This document shows, in pieces, positions 37,638-47,368 of a DNA stretch of 64,000 bases. The number at the start of each line of letters is the position of its first letter. Positions within the stretch are counted from its first letter, which is position 1. This stretch comes from Vicinamibacteria bacterium (lineage in GTDB: Bacteria > Acidobacteriota > Vicinamibacteria > Vicinamibacterales > JAENWD01), in NCBI GenBank assembly GCA_963763095.1, contig CAVXNR010000006.1, forward strand, positions 70,125 through 134,124. The letters are read 5' to 3'. The position numbers and the translations under genes were made by a program. Below the pieces are notes generated by a model. That model saw nothing but the letters and a program-made list of their open reading frames with translations. It was not told where the DNA came from and ran no database searches.

Positions 37638-37645
37638 ACGCGCGC

Positions 37646-40174
37646 TCAGGTACTTTCCGGCGCGTTCGTGATGCGCATCGCGTAGAACGAGCGCCACACG
37701 AACGTCATCCCTATCAGCAAGAATACGACCGCCAGCACATGGGTCAGCGTCGACCCCTGCGACCCGCTCAGGAACACGCCGAGCTCGACGGCCAGCAGGC
37801 CGAACAAGGTCGTGAACTTGATCACCGGGTTCAACGCTACCGACGAGGTGTCCTTGAAGGGGTCGCCCACCGTGTCGCCCACGATCGAAGCGTCGTGCAG
37901 TGGCGTACCCTTCATCTTCAGCTCGGTCTCCACGATCTTCTTCGCGTTGTCCCAGGCGCCACCCGCGTTTGCCATGAATATCGCCTGAAACAGGCCGAAG
38001 AGCGCGATCGAGACCAGATACCCGATGAAGAAGAAGGGCTCCACGAAGGCGAACGCCAAGGTCGAAAAGAACACTGCCAGGAAGATGTTGAACATCCCCT
38101 TCTGCGCGTACTGGGTGCAAATCGCGACCACCTTGCGGCTGTCCTCGACCGACGCTTTCGTGCTGTCCTCCAGGCGGATGTTCCGCTTGATGAACTCGAC
38201 GGCGCGGTAGGCGCCCGTCGTCACCGCCTGCGTCGAGGCGCCCGTGAACCAGTAGATCATCGCCCCGCCCGTGATCAGCCCCAGCAGGAACGGCGGGTGC
38301 AAAATCGACAGATTGTTGATGCCGGTCGTCAACCCCTGCGTCAGCGCCATGATGATCGAGAAGATCATCGTGGTGGCACCCACCACCGCGGTGCCGATGA
38401 GCACGGGCTTTGCCGTCGCCTTGAACGTGTTGCCGGCGCCGTCGTTCTCCTCCAGCAGGTCCTTCGCCGCGGCAAAGTTCACGTCGAACCCGTAGTCGCG
38501 CTTGAGCTCCTGGGCAATTCCGGGCAATTGCTCAATGGTGGACAGTTCGTACACAGACTGGGCGTTATCCGTCACAGGCCCGTAGGAGTCGACCGCAATG
38601 GTGACCGGACCCATGCCGAGGAAACCGAACGCCACCAGGCCGAACGCAAAGATCGCGGGCGCGAGCATGATCGGGCGGCCGTCAGCCCCATGCGTACTCG
38701 TCAGCCCCAGGGTGCTCACCCCGTAAGCGACGGCCATCAAGCCCATGATGGTGAGCCCGAGCCAGTAGGCGCTGAAGTTCCCGGCCACGAACCCGGACAG
38801 GATGTTCAGCGACGCCCCGCCTTCACGAGACGAAGTGACCACCTCCCCCACATGGGCCGACTTCGTCGATGTGAAGACCTTGACCAGCTCGGGGATGATT
38901 GCGCCCGCCAGGGTGCCACAAGTCACCACCGTGGACAGCTGCCACCAGAGCGAGCTGTTGCCGCCCAGGTCCGGGATCAGCAGCAGCGAGAGGATGTACG
39001 TGAGCACCACCGAGACGATCGAGGTGACCCAGACAAGCAGCGTGAGCGGCGCCTCGAAGTGCATGCGCGCCACCGAACCGTACCGGGCCCGGCTGATCGC
39101 GTTCGTGCCCAGATAGGACGCGCCGGAGGCCACCACCATCACGGCGCGGAGCATGAACATCCAGACGAGGAGCTTCACCTGGATGAGCGGCTCGGGAACC
39201 GCCAGCACGATGAACGAGATGAGCGCGACGCCCGTGACGCCGTAGGTCTCGAAGCCATCGGCCGTGGGGCCGACCGAGTCGCCGGCGTTGTCCCCCGTGC
39301 AGTCGGCAATCACGCCGGGGTTCCGCGCATCGTCTTCTTTGATCTTGAAGACCACCTTCATGAGGTCGGAGCCGATGTCGGCGATCTTCGTGAAGATGCC
39401 GCCCGCGATCCGCAGCGCCGCCGCGCCGAGCGATTCGCCGATCGCGAACCCGAGGAAGCACGGACCGGCGTACTCGCCAGGAATGAAGAGCAGGATGGCG
39501 AGCATGAAGAGGAGCTCGACGGAGATGAGCATCATCCCCACGCTCATGCCGGCGCGCAGCGGAATGTCGCAGACCGGCCAGGCCTTGCCGCTGAGGCTGG
39601 CGAACGCCGTGCGCGAGTTCGCCAGCGTATTGATGCGGATGCCGAACCACGCAACCCCGTAGCTCCCGCCCATCCCGATGAGGGAGAAGATCAAAATGAT
39701 TGCGATTTTGTACGCCTCGAAGCCGATCATCCAGAAGTACGCAACGATGATCGTTCCGATGAACAGTTCGAGCACGAGCAGCAGCTTGCCCTGCTGCACC
39801 ATGTAGGCCTTGCAGGTCTCATAAATCAGGTCGGAGATCTCGGCCATGGACGGGTGCACCGGCAGCCGCTTGACCCCGGCGTAGGTCCATGCGCCGAAGA
39901 GCAGTCCAAGGACGCACACGAACAGGCCAGACATCAGGATCTGATGGCCGTCGATACCGAGGAACTCGCCCTGCGACAAATCGGGCAGCTGGATGTTGAC
40001 CTCGCCGCCTGGCCGATGGGCCTGACCATCGGCGGCCGATTCGGTCGGCGCGGCGGGATGAGCGGTCTCCGGCTGAGCGGCGCGCACCGGCTGTGCGACG
40101 GCGGCGAGGGCGAGCAGCAGCGCCAGACAGGCGAGCGTGCGCCCCGGAACGGTGAACAGCTTCGTCGATGACAT
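37646..40174 (-). CDS. hppA: Membrane-integral proton/sodium-translocating pyrophosphatase with ~65-aa signal-peptide-like N-terminal extension
   Basis: 842 aa. Motifs GGIFTKIADIGSDL, DCTGDNAGDSVGP, GGAWDNAKK and GDTVGDPFKDT. Confidence 0.9.
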   Translation of the reverse strand: MSSTKLFTVPGRTLACLALLLALAAVAQPVRAAQPETAHPAAPTESAADGQAHRPGGEVNIQLPDLSQGEFLGIDGHQILMSGLFVCVLGLLFGAWTYAGVKRLPVHPSMAEISDLIYETCKAYMVQQGKLLLVLELFIGTIIVAYFWMIGFEAYKIAIILIFSLIGMGGSYGVAWFGIRINTLANSRTAFASLSGKAWPVCDIPLRAGMSVGMMLISVELLFMLAILLFIPGEYAGPCFLGFAIGESLGAAALRIAGGIFTKIADIGSDLMKVVFKIKEDDARNPGVIADCTGDNAGDSVGPTADGFETYGVTGVALISFIVLAVPEPLIQVKLLVWMFMLRAVMVVASGASYLGTNAISRARYGSVARMHFEAPLTLLVWVTSIVSVVLTYILSLLLIPDLGGNSSLWWQLSTVVTCGTLAGAIIPELVKVFTSTKSAHVGEVVTSSREGGASLNILSGFVAGNFSAYWLGLTIMGLMAVAYGVSTLGLTSTHGADGRPIMLAPAIFAFGLVAFGFLGMGPVTIAVDSYGPVTDNAQSVYELSTIEQLPGIAQELKRDYGFDVNFAAAKDLLEENDGAGNTFKATAKPVLIGTAVVGATTMIFSIIMALTQGLTTGINNLSILHPPFLLGLITGGAMIYWFTGASTQAVTTGAYRAVEFIKRNIRLEDSTKASVEDSRKVVAICTQYAQKGMFNIFLAVFFSTLAFAFVEPFFFIGYLVSIALFGLFQAIFMANAGGAWDNAKKIVETELKMKGTPLHDASIVGDTVGDPFKDTSSVALNPVIKFTTLFGLLAVELGVFLSGSQGSTLTHVLAVVFLLIGMTFVWRSFYAMRITNAPEST

Positions 40175-40270
40175 GCGGACGGTCTCCGGGATGGAATGAA
40201 GACGGGGTACGCGGCCGTCCCCTCAGGCATGGCAGATCGGCCGCGCCCAAACCCGCGAATTATATGCGAA

Positions 40271-41005
40271 TCATCCGGGCTGCGATCCGCTCCGGGCCTG
40301 TTCCGCGGGGTCCTGGATGACGCTGCTCGACGGTCCAGGCGGCTCGCCCGCAGGCACGCCCTCGACGACCGGGTTGCGCGTGGGTGCTCGTCCGAAGGAC
40401 GTGCCGGCCGTGCTGTGTTGCGCAACCAGATGCAGCGGCAGGGCCATGCCACCGGTCAGGAAAATGCGCACGCCATCCTCCACCGTGAGCTCCGGAAACA
40501 GCACCCGCTCGGGTGGGTAGACCACGATGTCGCCCAGATAGAGGTGATTGGTCGGGACGTACACCGCCAGCAATGTGTCGGCGCCGTGGATGCCCTGCAG
40601 CGTGAACTCGCGCGTAAGAAACCCGAGGACGTAGCCGCGCCCCGGTTCCTGCACGAGCACGACCCGTTTGAACCCGTACTCGTTGTCGGGAGAAAAGGCA
40701 GCGACCAGCTGCTTGACCGGCGCGTACACGGTCCTGAAGAGGGGGATGTGCAACAGCCCTGCCTCCGCCCGCTGGAGCACGCGCTTGCCGACCATGTTCG
40801 TCGCCGTGACGCCGACCAGCAGGACGAGCAATCCCGTCATCGCCAGGCCGAGACCCGGCACCGCGCGCCCCACCCACTGGGACACCAGCGGCTCGGTGAT
40901 GCCGTCGATGACGCGGAAGATCCAGACGAGTGCGGCCACACTGATGATCAGCGGAACGGTGACGAAGAACCCCGTGATGAAGCGGCGCCGCAGCCAGGAG
41001 ATCAT
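40271..41005 (-). CDS. DUF502-family membrane protein
   Basis: MISWLRRRFITGFFVTVPLIISVAALVWIF.. then ..IPLFRTVYAPVKQLV.. and GFLT, typical of DUF502. The start lies 5 nt after the uppP stop. Confidence 0.7.
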   Translation of the reverse strand: MISWLRRRFITGFFVTVPLIISVAALVWIFRVIDGITEPLVSQWVGRAVPGLGLAMTGLLVLLVGVTATNMVGKRVLQRAEAGLLHIPLFRTVYAPVKQLVAAFSPDNEYGFKRVVLVQEPGRGYVLGFLTREFTLQGIHGADTLLAVYVPTNHLYLGDIVVYPPERVLFPELTVEDGVRIFLTGGMALPLHLVAQHSTAGTSFGRAPTRNPVVEGVPAGEPPGPSSSVIQDPAEQARSGSQPG

Positions 41006-41009
41006 GGCG

Positions 41010-41857
41010 TCAGCCGAGTCCAGCGATGAGCCACACGGCGACCGCGGCTGATAGCGCGATTCGGTACCACGCGAACACCGAAAGCGAGTGCGACGCCAGA
41101 TAGCGCAGGAAGTACTTGATGGTGATGTACCCGACGATGGCCGACACGGCGATGCCGATCAGGAACAGCTGCGCGGTCCCGTCCGCGAGAGGCTCCCGCA
41201 GGAGTTTCAGACCCTTCGTGGGCGGCTGCCGCCGCGATGGCCGGTACGCCGAGGAGGAAGGAGAAGCGCGCGGCTGCGTCACGGCGGAGCCCGAGGAACA
41301 ACGCGACCGTGAGCGTCGCGCCCGAGCGCGACACGCCGGGCACGAGCGCCGCCGACTGTGCCCAGCCGAGCGCGAAGGCCTCCCCCGTCCCGAGATCCTC
41401 CGCCTGCCGCACCCGTCTCGACGCCCGATCCGCCCACAACAACAGCACTCCGCCGACCGCCAGCGTGACGCCCGCGACGGCTGGCCTTCGCAACGCGTCC
41501 TCGACGTCCCGGAGGAGCAGGCCGACGATGACGACGGGAATCGTGCCGATCGCGATCAGCCACGCCATCCGGGCAGGCTCGTCCTGCTGGCGCGAGAGCA
41601 CGCGGGGCGCCGCAATCGCCATCCGTAACAGATCCTGCCGGAAGTAGAGCGAGCACAGCCAGCAAGGTTCCGAGGTGGCAGGCGACATCGAACGCCAGCC
41701 CGAACCTTTCGGTGTCCCAGCCGAAGAATGCCTTCGCGAGAATCAGATGGGCGGAGCTCGATACCGGCAGGAACTCGGTGAGTCCCTGGATGACACCGAG
41801 CAGCACCGCTTCGAGCAGAATCACGGCGTGTTGCGCGGTGGAGGGGGTGGTGCGCAC
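41010..41857 (-). pseudogene. uppP: Undecaprenyl-diphosphate phosphatase, two +1 frameshifts
   Basis: Three ORF pieces. N-terminus [20 protein letters not shown]. Middle [37 protein letters not shown]-terminus LFLIGIAVSAIVGYITIKYFLRYL. Joins are at ~41645-41656 and ~41212-41224. GTG 41857 is the proposed start. Confidence 0.8.
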
Positions 41858-41897
41858 GACCGGCCGGCACTCGCGGCCGGCCGGCGCGGTGAAGTGG

Positions 41898-42902
41898 TCA
41901 GGAGACCCGCACGTTGCGCCCGGGCTTGCGCGGCACGTCGGGCGTGGACGACGCCTGCCGCGTGGTGCCCTGGGCCTGCGCAATGGTCGCCCGCCGGCTG
42001 AACTCGCGGCGGCTCAGGATGATGGCGATCGCCGCAGCGATGAAGACCGTCGAGTACGTCCCTGTGATGACACCCACCAGCATGGCGAACGCGAATCCGC
42101 GCAGCACCTCCCCGCCGAACAGGTAGAGGGCGAGCACGGCGAACAGGGTCGTGCCGGCCGTCAGGAGCGTCCGCCCGAGCGTCTGGTTCACGCTGGTATT
42201 CACGATCTTGTCGAGCGGCTCACGCCGCATCGACCGCATGTTCTCACGCACCCGATCGAAGATCACGATCGTGTCGTTCACGGAGTACCCGGCAATCGTC
42301 AGGATCGCCGCGACCACATTCAGCGAGAGCTCGTATCCGGCAAACGACATCATCGCCAGGACCACGAAGATGTCGTGGAACGTGGCCACGAGCGCGCCGG
42401 CAGCGAAGATCAACCGGAACCGCAGCGCGATGTACGCGCTGATGCCGAGGATGGAGGCGAGCGTTGCGTAGATGCCCTTCCGCTGCAGGTCCTTCCCGAC
42501 AACCGGGCCGACGACCTCGGTGCTGAGCACGTCGAACTTGCCGATGTTCGCCTTTTGGATCGCCGCGATCGCCTGCTGCGAGCTGGCCTCGAGCCCGAAC
42601 CCCTGCTCCTGGCTGTGCGTCTGCGGGAACCGAATCAGAATTTCGTGCTGGGCAGGGTCGCCGTACTGCTGCACGACCTTCTCGCCGGGGAGCACGTCGA
42701 GCGCACTCCGCACGGCGGCGTCGCTGACCGGCTGCTGGAAGCGGAGCACGACGATGGTGCCGCCGGTGAAGTCGATGCCCAGCGGTATGCCGTTCCGCGC
42801 GAGCGTGAACGCGAGGCCGCCGATGATGATCACAGATGACAGCAGCAGCGCGTGCCACCGCCATCGGATGAAGTCGTAATTGGCGTTCTTGAATATCTGC
42901 AT
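41898..42902 (-). CDS. secF: Protein translocase subunit SecF
   Basis: 334 aa. [16 protein letters not shown].. and GIDFTGGT, plus an RND-like 6-TM core. Confidence 0.9.
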   Translation of the reverse strand: MQIFKNANYDFIRWRWHALLLSSVIIIGGLAFTLARNGIPLGIDFTGGTIVVLRFQQPVSDAAVRSALDVLPGEKVVQQYGDPAQHEILIRFPQTHSQEQGFGLEASSQQAIAAIQKANIGKFDVLSTEVVGPVVGKDLQRKGIYATLASILGISAYIALRFRLIFAAGALVATFHDIFVVLAMMSFAGYELSLNVVAAILTIAGYSVNDTIVIFDRVRENMRSMRREPLDKIVNTSVNQTLGRTLLTAGTTLFAVLALYLFGGEVLRGFAFAMLVGVITGTYSTVFIAAAIAIILSRREFSRRATIAQAQGTTRQASSTPDVPRKPGRNVRVS

Positions 42903-42923
42903 GGACCGTTGCCTTTCGCGCCC

Positions 42924-44486
42924 CTAGATGCTGAGCGAAGCGGTCTGCCGTCGCGCAAGCGCCAATTCGAAGAGCGTGCGCGAGACGAACACGGACGTGA
43001 ACACGTTGGTGAGCAGTCCAATGCTGAGCGTCACCGCGAAACCCCGGATGGGCCCGGTCCCGAACTGGAACAGGAACGCCGCTGCGATGAGCGACGACAC
43101 GTGCGTGTCGAGGATGGTGAGAAACACGCGATCGAACCCCGCCGCCACGGCGGCCTTCACGCCGCGCTGTGCGGCGAGCTCTTCCTTGATCCGCTCGAAG
43201 ATGAGCACGTTCGAGTCGACACCCATGCCAATGGTGAGAATGAAGCCGGCGATACCCGGCAGAGTCATCGTCGCGCCGAAATAGGCCATCAACGCGAGCA
43301 GCACGAGCAGGTTGATGGCCATGGCCACGATGGCATTGATGCCCGACAGCTTGTAGAAGACCAGCATGAACACGACGACGAGACCGAGGCCCACGAGCGA
43401 CGCGAAGACCCCAGCCCGGATGGAGTCGCGGCCAAGGCTCGGGCCCACCGTGCGCTCCTCGAGGTAGGTGAGCGACGCCGGCAGTGCGCCCGATCGCAGG
43501 GTCAGCGAGAGATCGCCGGCTTCCTGCTGGGTGAAGCTGCCGGAGATCCGGCCTTCATCCGTGATACGGCCCTCGATCACCGGCGCCGAATGCACCCGCT
43601 TGTCCAGGATGATCGCGAGGCGACGTCCGATGTTGGCGTTGGTGGCGTTCCCGAACTTCACGGCCCCGTCCTGCTTCAGGGAGAAGCTCACCGCCGGCTT
43701 GTTGTACTCGTCGAGCGTTGGCCGCGCGGTCCGGAGATCGCGGCCGGTAATCACGGGCGCCTTCTGCACCAGGTAATACATCGTCGAGGGCCGCTGGCCG
43801 GGCGCGGCAGCGTCGCCAATCCCGGAGACCACCTCCTGGCCGGGAGGCTCGGCGCCATTGGTGGCCTGGAGCAGCGCCTCTCGGGTGTCGGCAGGTCCCT
43901 TCTCGACCAGCTTCAGCTCGAGGAGCGCTGTCGATCGGATGATCTCCTTGGCGCGGCCAACATCGGTGACGCCGGGGAGCTGGACGAGGATCTGATCGGC
44001 GTCGCCATGGCGCGCCACCACGGGCTCGGCCACCCCAAGCTCGTTGACGCGGTTCTCAATCGTGCGAATAGCCTGCGTCACCGTGTCGTCCGCCATCTGC
44101 ACCGCGATGTTGGGCTTCATGACGAACCGATAGGTGCCGCCCGCGCCCGACTCACGGTTGAACGTGTGCTCGATCTCCGTGGCCAGCTGCCGGACCAGTG
44201 CGGTCTGTGCCTCCGGCACACCACGGATTTCAAACGTTGTCGGGGCAACCAGGGTGGCTGTGACACCGGTGGCTCCCGCCTTGGCGAGCTCGCTTCGGAG
44301 GCGCTCCATGGAGGCCTCACTCTCGACCCGCAGCGCTTCGTCGGTCTGCACGCGAAGCACCAGGTGCACCCCGCCCTTCAGGTCGAGACCGAGCCGGACC
44401 TTCTGGTCGAGCGGGTAGATCATCCAGACTCCGAGGGCGATCACGGCGGCGATCGCGAGGAGCCTCCAACGCAGGTTCTTTGCCAT
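42924..44486 (-). CDS. secD: Protein translocase subunit SecD
   Basis: 520 aa. LGLDLKGGVHLVL and a C-terminal 6-TM core. Directly upstream of secF. Confidence 0.9.
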   Translation of the reverse strand: MAKNLRWRLLAIAAVIALGVWMIYPLDQKVRLGLDLKGGVHLVLRVQTDEALRVESEASMERLRSELAKAGATGVTATLVAPTTFEIRGVPEAQTALVRQLATEIEHTFNRESGAGGTYRFVMKPNIAVQMADDTVTQAIRTIENRVNELGVAEPVVARHGDADQILVQLPGVTDVGRAKEIIRSTALLELKLVEKGPADTREALLQATNGAEPPGQEVVSGIGDAAAPGQRPSTMYYLVQKAPVITGRDLRTARPTLDEYNKPAVSFSLKQDGAVKFGNATNANIGRRLAIILDKRVHSAPVIEGRITDEGRISGSFTQQEAGDLSLTLRSGALPASLTYLEERTVGPSLGRDSIRAGVFASLVGLGLVVVFMLVFYKLSGINAIVAMAINLLVLLALMAYFGATMTLPGIAGFILTIGMGVDSNVLIFERIKEELAAQRGVKAAVAAGFDRVFLTILDTHVSSLIAAAFLFQFGTGPIRGFAVTLSIGLLTNVFTSVFVSRTLFELALARRQTASLSI

Positions 44487-44566
44487 GCTGCTTCTTCTTC
44501 AGACGAAACGGCGTCACACGACGCCCCTCGAGGGGACGGTGAGGCCGTGCGTCCGAACCTTCCGTG

Positions 44567-44923
44567 CTACGTGTGGGTACTCTCCGGGACCACCGGGTCC
44601 TGGCCCTGGTAGCCGACGATCGCGCTCCGCGAAACCTCGACGCGCACGCGGTCGGCAATCTGAACCTGGAGTGCCTTGTCGCCCAGCTTTGTCACGACAC
44701 CGTAGAGCCCGCCCGTCGTGACCACCTTATCGCCGACCTTGAGCGCGTCGAGGAACTCCTGGACCTTCTTCTGTCGCCGGCGCATCGGGAGCAGGATGAC
44801 GAGGTAGAAGATCGCCAGGATCAGCGCGAACGGCAACAGCTGTATCAGCGGGCTCACGCCACCCTCGGGCGGCGCACCCATGGCCAGCACGAGGCGTGCG
44901 TCGAACGGGAATACGGATGTCAT
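44567..44923 (-). CDS. yajC: Preprotein translocase subunit YajC
   Basis: ..LPFALILAIFYLVILLPMRRRQKKVQEFLDALKVGDKVVTTGGLYG... ATG 44923 overlaps the tgt stop (ATGA). An alternative ATG lies at 44881. Confidence 0.8.
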   Translation of the reverse strand: MTSVFPFDARLVLAMGAPPEGGVSPLIQLLPFALILAIFYLVILLPMRRRQKKVQEFLDALKVGDKVVTTGGLYGVVTKLGDKALQVQIADRVRVEVSRSAIVGYQGQDPVVPESTHT

Positions 44924-46077
44924 GAACGTGACGATCGGCGGGACCAGGCCTGATGAAACTCTTGTCTGAATACTTCGAAGCGATCGAATTCAATAGCCTC
45001 CCTGATCGATTGCATGGTGTCAAGGTAAAACTGGACATTGTGCAGCGTATTGAGCGTGGCCCCGGTCATCTCCCCCGCCATGAACAAGTGGCGCAGATAG
45101 GCCCGTGAACACGTGCGGCAGGTGTAGCACCGGCACACCTCGTCCGGAGGGCGCTCGTCCTCGGCCCAGGCCGCGTTCTTGATGTTGATGCGGCCGTTCC
45201 GCGTGAAGAGCTGGCCGTTGCGAGCGTTTCGCGTCGGCATCACGCAGTCGAACATGTCGATTCCGCGTGCCACGCACTCGACCAGGTCGACCGGAGTGCC
45301 GGTGCCCATCAGGTAGCGCGGGCGGTCCGCCGGCAGGCTGGCGCACACGCCCTCCGTGATGCTGTACATCAGGTCGACGGGCTCGCCCACGCTCAGGCCA
45401 CCGATCGCGTACCCCTCGAACCCGATCCCCAGGGTGCCCTCGACGCTGCGCTCGCGCAGATCCGGGAACACGCTCCCCTGCACGATCCCGAACTGCGCCT
45501 GGCCGCTGTTGGTGACGGTGACGTCGCTGTCGCCCCCCGCCTGCACCGCGAGGAACCGGTCCCGGGCGCGGCGCGCCCAGCGCAGGGTGCGCATCATGGA
45601 GGTGTCGGCGTCCTCGGGTGTCGCCGGGTACGAGAGGCACTCGTCGAACGTCATCGCGATGTCGGACCCGAGGCGTGCCTGGATGTCGACGGCACGCTCG
45701 GGCGACAGGACGTGCAGGCTGCCGTCGAGATGCGAGCGGAACGCGACGCTCTCTTCCGTGAGCGTCCGGCGGCCGCTCAGGCTGAACACCTGATACCCGC
45801 CGCTGTCGGTGAGAATGGGGTGCGTCCACCCGGTGAACCGGTGCAGGCCGCCGCAGCGGGCTATCAACGAATCGCCGGGGCGCAGGTGCAGGTGGTAGGT
45901 GTTGCCGAGAATGATCTCGGTGCCCGCCGTTTCGAGTTGGGCATGCGTGAGCGCCTTGACCGCACCTTGTGTGCCAACGGGCATGAACACCGGGGTCTGC
46001 ACCACGCCATGGGGTGTGCGCAGCGTGCCGCGGCGGGCGCGGCCGTCGGTATGAAGCAACTCGAAGGCAAAGGACAT
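44920..46077 (-). CDS. tgt: Queuine tRNA-ribosyltransferase
   Basis: 385 aa. TPHGVVQTPVFMPVGT, DSGGYQV, and zinc site CRCYTCRTCSRAYLRHL. Confidence 0.9.
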   Translation of the reverse strand: MSFAFELLHTDGRARRGTLRTPHGVVQTPVFMPVGTQGAVKALTHAQLETAGTEIILGNTYHLHLRPGDSLIARCGGLHRFTGWTHPILTDSGGYQVFSLSGRRTLTEESVAFRSHLDGSLHVLSPERAVDIQARLGSDIAMTFDECLSYPATPEDADTSMMRTLRWARRARDRFLAVQAGGDSDVTVTNSGQAQFGIVQGSVFPDLRERSVEGTLGIGFEGYAIGGLSVGEPVDLMYSITEGVCASLPADRPRYLMGTGTPVDLVECVARGIDMFDCVMPTRNARNGQLFTRNGRINIKNAAWAEDERPPDEVCRCYTCRTCSRAYLRHLFMAGEMTGATLNTLHNVQFYLDTMQSIREAIEFDRFEVFRQEFHQAWSRRSSRS

Positions 46078-46212
46078 GGTCGTTGCGCCGGCGCGCGCGG
46101 AACGCGACAGCTATGCAGGTATATTAGTGGGGCCACCCGGCAGCGCCCGCACCAGAACGCGCCTGCCGCGAGGTGCGCGCCTGCATCCTGCGGCCCGGAG
46201 GCCACGTCCGGC

Positions 46213-47368
46213 GTGAAGAAACTTCGCATCGGCATCATTTACGGCGGCCGCTCCGGTGAGCACGAGGTCTCGATCGCGTCGGCCGCCTCGATCTTCAAGT
46301 ACCTCGACCGCAATCGGTTCGAGCCGATTCCGATCCGCATTGAAAAAGACGGGCGCTGGCTGATCGCGGATCGGCCGCCGATGGCGCTCGCGGCCTCGGA
46401 GGTCATCGAACAGGCACGCGTCCAGTCGTCGCACGCCGTACGCGGCGGCCGGCAGACGCACATGGTCGCGTACCCCGCCGACGAGCCGCTGCTGACGATC
46501 GAGCGCAGCCGGTCGGACGAAGGGAGGAACGCCTACGTCACCGGCCTGAGTCTGGACGTGGTGTTCCCCGTGCTGCACGGGCCCCTCGGTGAGGACGGCA
46601 CGGTGCAGGGACTGCTCGAGCTCGCGAATCTCCCCTATGTCGGCGCCGGGGTCCTGGCCTCGGCGGTCGGCATGGACAAGGCGGTCATGAAAGTCGTCTT
46701 TGCCGCGGCGGGTCTGCCGGTCAGCCCGGGACGGGTGGTGCTGCGCCACCAGTGGGATCGGGATCGGGACGCCATCGCCGCGGCGTGCGCCGCCACGTTC
46801 GGGTACCCGCTCTTCGTCAAGCCCGCAAACCTCGGATCGAGCGTTGGCATCTCGAAAGCGTCCGACCTCGACGCGCTCGTCCACGGAATCGATCTCGCGT
46901 TCGAGTTCGACCGGAAGGTGCTCGTGGAGCAGGCAGTGCCGGAAGCGCGGGAGATCGAGGTCGCGGTGCTCGGCAACGAGGATCCCGGAGGCCTCGGTGC
47001 CCGGCGAGATCGTGCCGCATCGCGAGTTCTACGACTACGAAGCGAAGTATCTGGACGACCAGTCGGCCATCATCATCCCGGCGCCGCTTCCGGGTGAACA
47101 GCAGGACACGATCCGCCGCATGGCGGTCGAGGCGTTCCGCGCCATCGACGCCGCCGGCATGGCGCGGGTCGACTTCCTGCTGTCGCGGCGCACCGGTCAG
47201 CTGTTCGTGAACGAGGTGAACACCATTCCCGGGTTCACGACCATCAGCATGTTCGCGAAGCTCTGGGTTGCCAGCGGCCTCGAGTACCCCGCGCTGCTCG
47301 ATCGCCTCATCCGGCTCGCCCTGGCGCGCCACGCCGACAAGCAACGGCTGCGGACGAGCGTGGTGTGA
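46213..47368 (+). pseudogene. ddl: D-alanine--D-alanine ligase, one +1 frameshift
   Basis: GTG 46213. KKLRIGIIYGGRSGEHEVS, FPVLHGPLGEDGTVQGLLE. The C-half (..VPGEIVPHREFYDYEAKY..NEVNTIPGFT..) is in the frame of ORF 46700..47368. The join NEDP|EASVPGEIV falls at CCCGG 46984-46988. Confidence 0.85.

Noticed and set aside
37610-40171. 853-aa plus-strand ORF opposite hppA. Similar long antisense ORFs lie at 42852..44612 (opposite secD), 60391..62679 (opposite the Clp ATPase), 41712..42839 (opposite secF) and 2904..4175 (opposite the fumarate hydratase).
   Set aside because: All mirror strongly supported genes on the other strand. All are R/H/D/E-rich with no motifs, and they exist only because stop codons are rare at this GC content. 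ORF 2904 even starts on a TTG inside the heptad repeat.
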